Of a DNA stretch of 64,000 nucleotides, positions 62,561-64,000 are shown one piece after another. Each line of letters opens with the position of its first letter. The first letter of the stretch is position 1. The notes below the pieces were generated by a model. That model was not told where the DNA came from, did not search any database, and saw only the letters and a list, made by a program, of their open reading frames with translations. This DNA comes from Chiloscyllium plagiosum (Eukaryota), in assembly GCF_004010195.1 (NCBI RefSeq), contig NC_057718.1, positions 35,873,817 to 35,937,816 of the forward strand, read 5' to 3'. A program made the translations under genes and the position numbers.

Positions 62561-63319
62561 GACTGAACCCTCATATTTCCTCCCAATTCCTTGTCTGGGA
62601 ACTGGGTTGGCATTTTACAGCAAAGGCGCATTCCGTCTGTTTAGACCTCGGACTCAGTTCATGAGTATGACCTAGTTCAAACTTGGTTCAGGTATTAGTG
62701 ATTATCTTGTTTAGTTTTGGAAACTACATAGTCAAGTATCTTTCATTAACAAAGAATATCTATTTTATTACAAATCAAACTTACTCCAACAAACATACAA
62801 AGATTTTTGATTAAATGAAGCTTTGGATTGTGCAAAGATAAATATAATTTATTTTCTAACAGCCCAAATTTAACATGCAGCAAATATGGGTAACAGACAA
62901 ATGATAGTTGAACACGGTACAGTATGCATCAAATAGCAAATCTGATGAATCAGATTCCACGGAATCTGCAATTCCCTCCAATACCTTAGTGACACAATGG
63001 GTCACCAAAGTTCAATAAAATTTCATGGGATGACACTTTCCACACACTGGCCTTGAAACTCACTCAAAAGATACTCTATTATGGATTATTTCAACAACTG
63101 CTCATGTTTTGGTGGTTCACGTTCCTTTCCTGGAATTACGCTTTCTTGGACTCTTGGAAACTGCATTTGAGTACTTACTCATTGGCACAACTCCAGGTTT
63201 TCATAAATAACAAACTTTTCTGTGTTCTAATCTGCTGTACCAAGCAATTACTGCTGGTGGGCTTTGCTCCCAACACCACAATGCACACCTCTGGTGTACT
63301 GAATTATTAAGTATGTGGA

Positions 63320-63690
63320 GAGGCAATGGACTAGTAGTATTATCATTGGGCTGTTAAAACAGGGACTCAGGCAATGTTCTGGGGACCTGGGTTTGAATTC
63401 CAACCCCCTCATCCCCACCACCACCACCACACACACACAAGCAGACGATGGAATTTGAATTCAATTTAAAAATCTGGTAATAAGAGTCTGATGATCATCT
63501 TGAATCCATTGTTGATTGTCAGGAAAAACATATCTGGTTCACCCTAATGTCTTTTATCTGGTCTGGCCTGCATGTGACTCAATACCCATACCCAATACTC
63601 AATGTGGGTGACACTTAACTGCTCTCTGGGATGGCCAATAAACACTGGCCTTACCAGAGATGCCATCCTCTTGTGAATGAATAAAAAAAA
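63320..63690 (+). mobile_element. Second-family tRNA-derived SINE, full length
   Basis: tRNA-like head gaggcaatggactagtagta...gggtttgaattcc; 3' end tgaatgaataaaaaaaa. Confidence 0.7.
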
Positions 63691-64000
63691 TTGTGTACCA
63701 ACTTCCTTTGGATCCTTCACAGCTTTTAGGATTTCACTACAGGGTGTTATTCAACTGCTCAATGTCTTCTCAGAGCCCCAACAACACAGAACGCAGGCAG
63801 TTCAGTTGTCATTATGGATTTTGCTGCTCTTTACCTTTCTGTCTCCTTTGGTGATTGAATACCCTTTATTGTCACGTGCATTCAATATATAATACAATCA
63901 AATGTGTGTACCATCGCTCGTACATAAGCGCCATCCACAGAATAAAATTTAAAAAACCTAAAGAGAGTCCAACTTTTATTTCTCTGTTGCTACAGCATAC

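Overview
Vertebrate genomic DNA from a cartilaginous fish (inferred from HE1-type tRNA-derived SINEs and HER1/CR1 LINEs characteristic of sharks and rays). No intact host protein-coding gene is recognisable. Most of the window is transposable-element debris: many CR1-clade LINE fragments (including a triple nest at 1880-9000), six HE1-like SINEs, a second tRNA-SINE family, a decayed Gypsy LTR element, a probable solo LTR, a Harbinger transposase remnant, a TcMar-type MITE, and L2/RTE remnants. The most striking signal is four distinct Penelope-like element (PLE) families. Their terminal repeats each carry a minimal hammerhead-ribozyme motif (CUGANGA, stem II, GAAA, a palindromic 4-mer, NUH). 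They occur mostly as inverted (hairpin) insertions with 12-16 bp target-site duplications, including a spacerless 102-bp palindrome at 17590-17691. Unique sequence includes two CpG-retaining AT-rich domains (about 10.5-11.6 kb and 15-18.8 kb) and minus-strand exon-like blocks with splice signals but disrupted frames (28145-29184 and 34870-38780) that look like pseudogenes. Family names and boundaries were assigned by eye; boundaries of old repeats are approximate.
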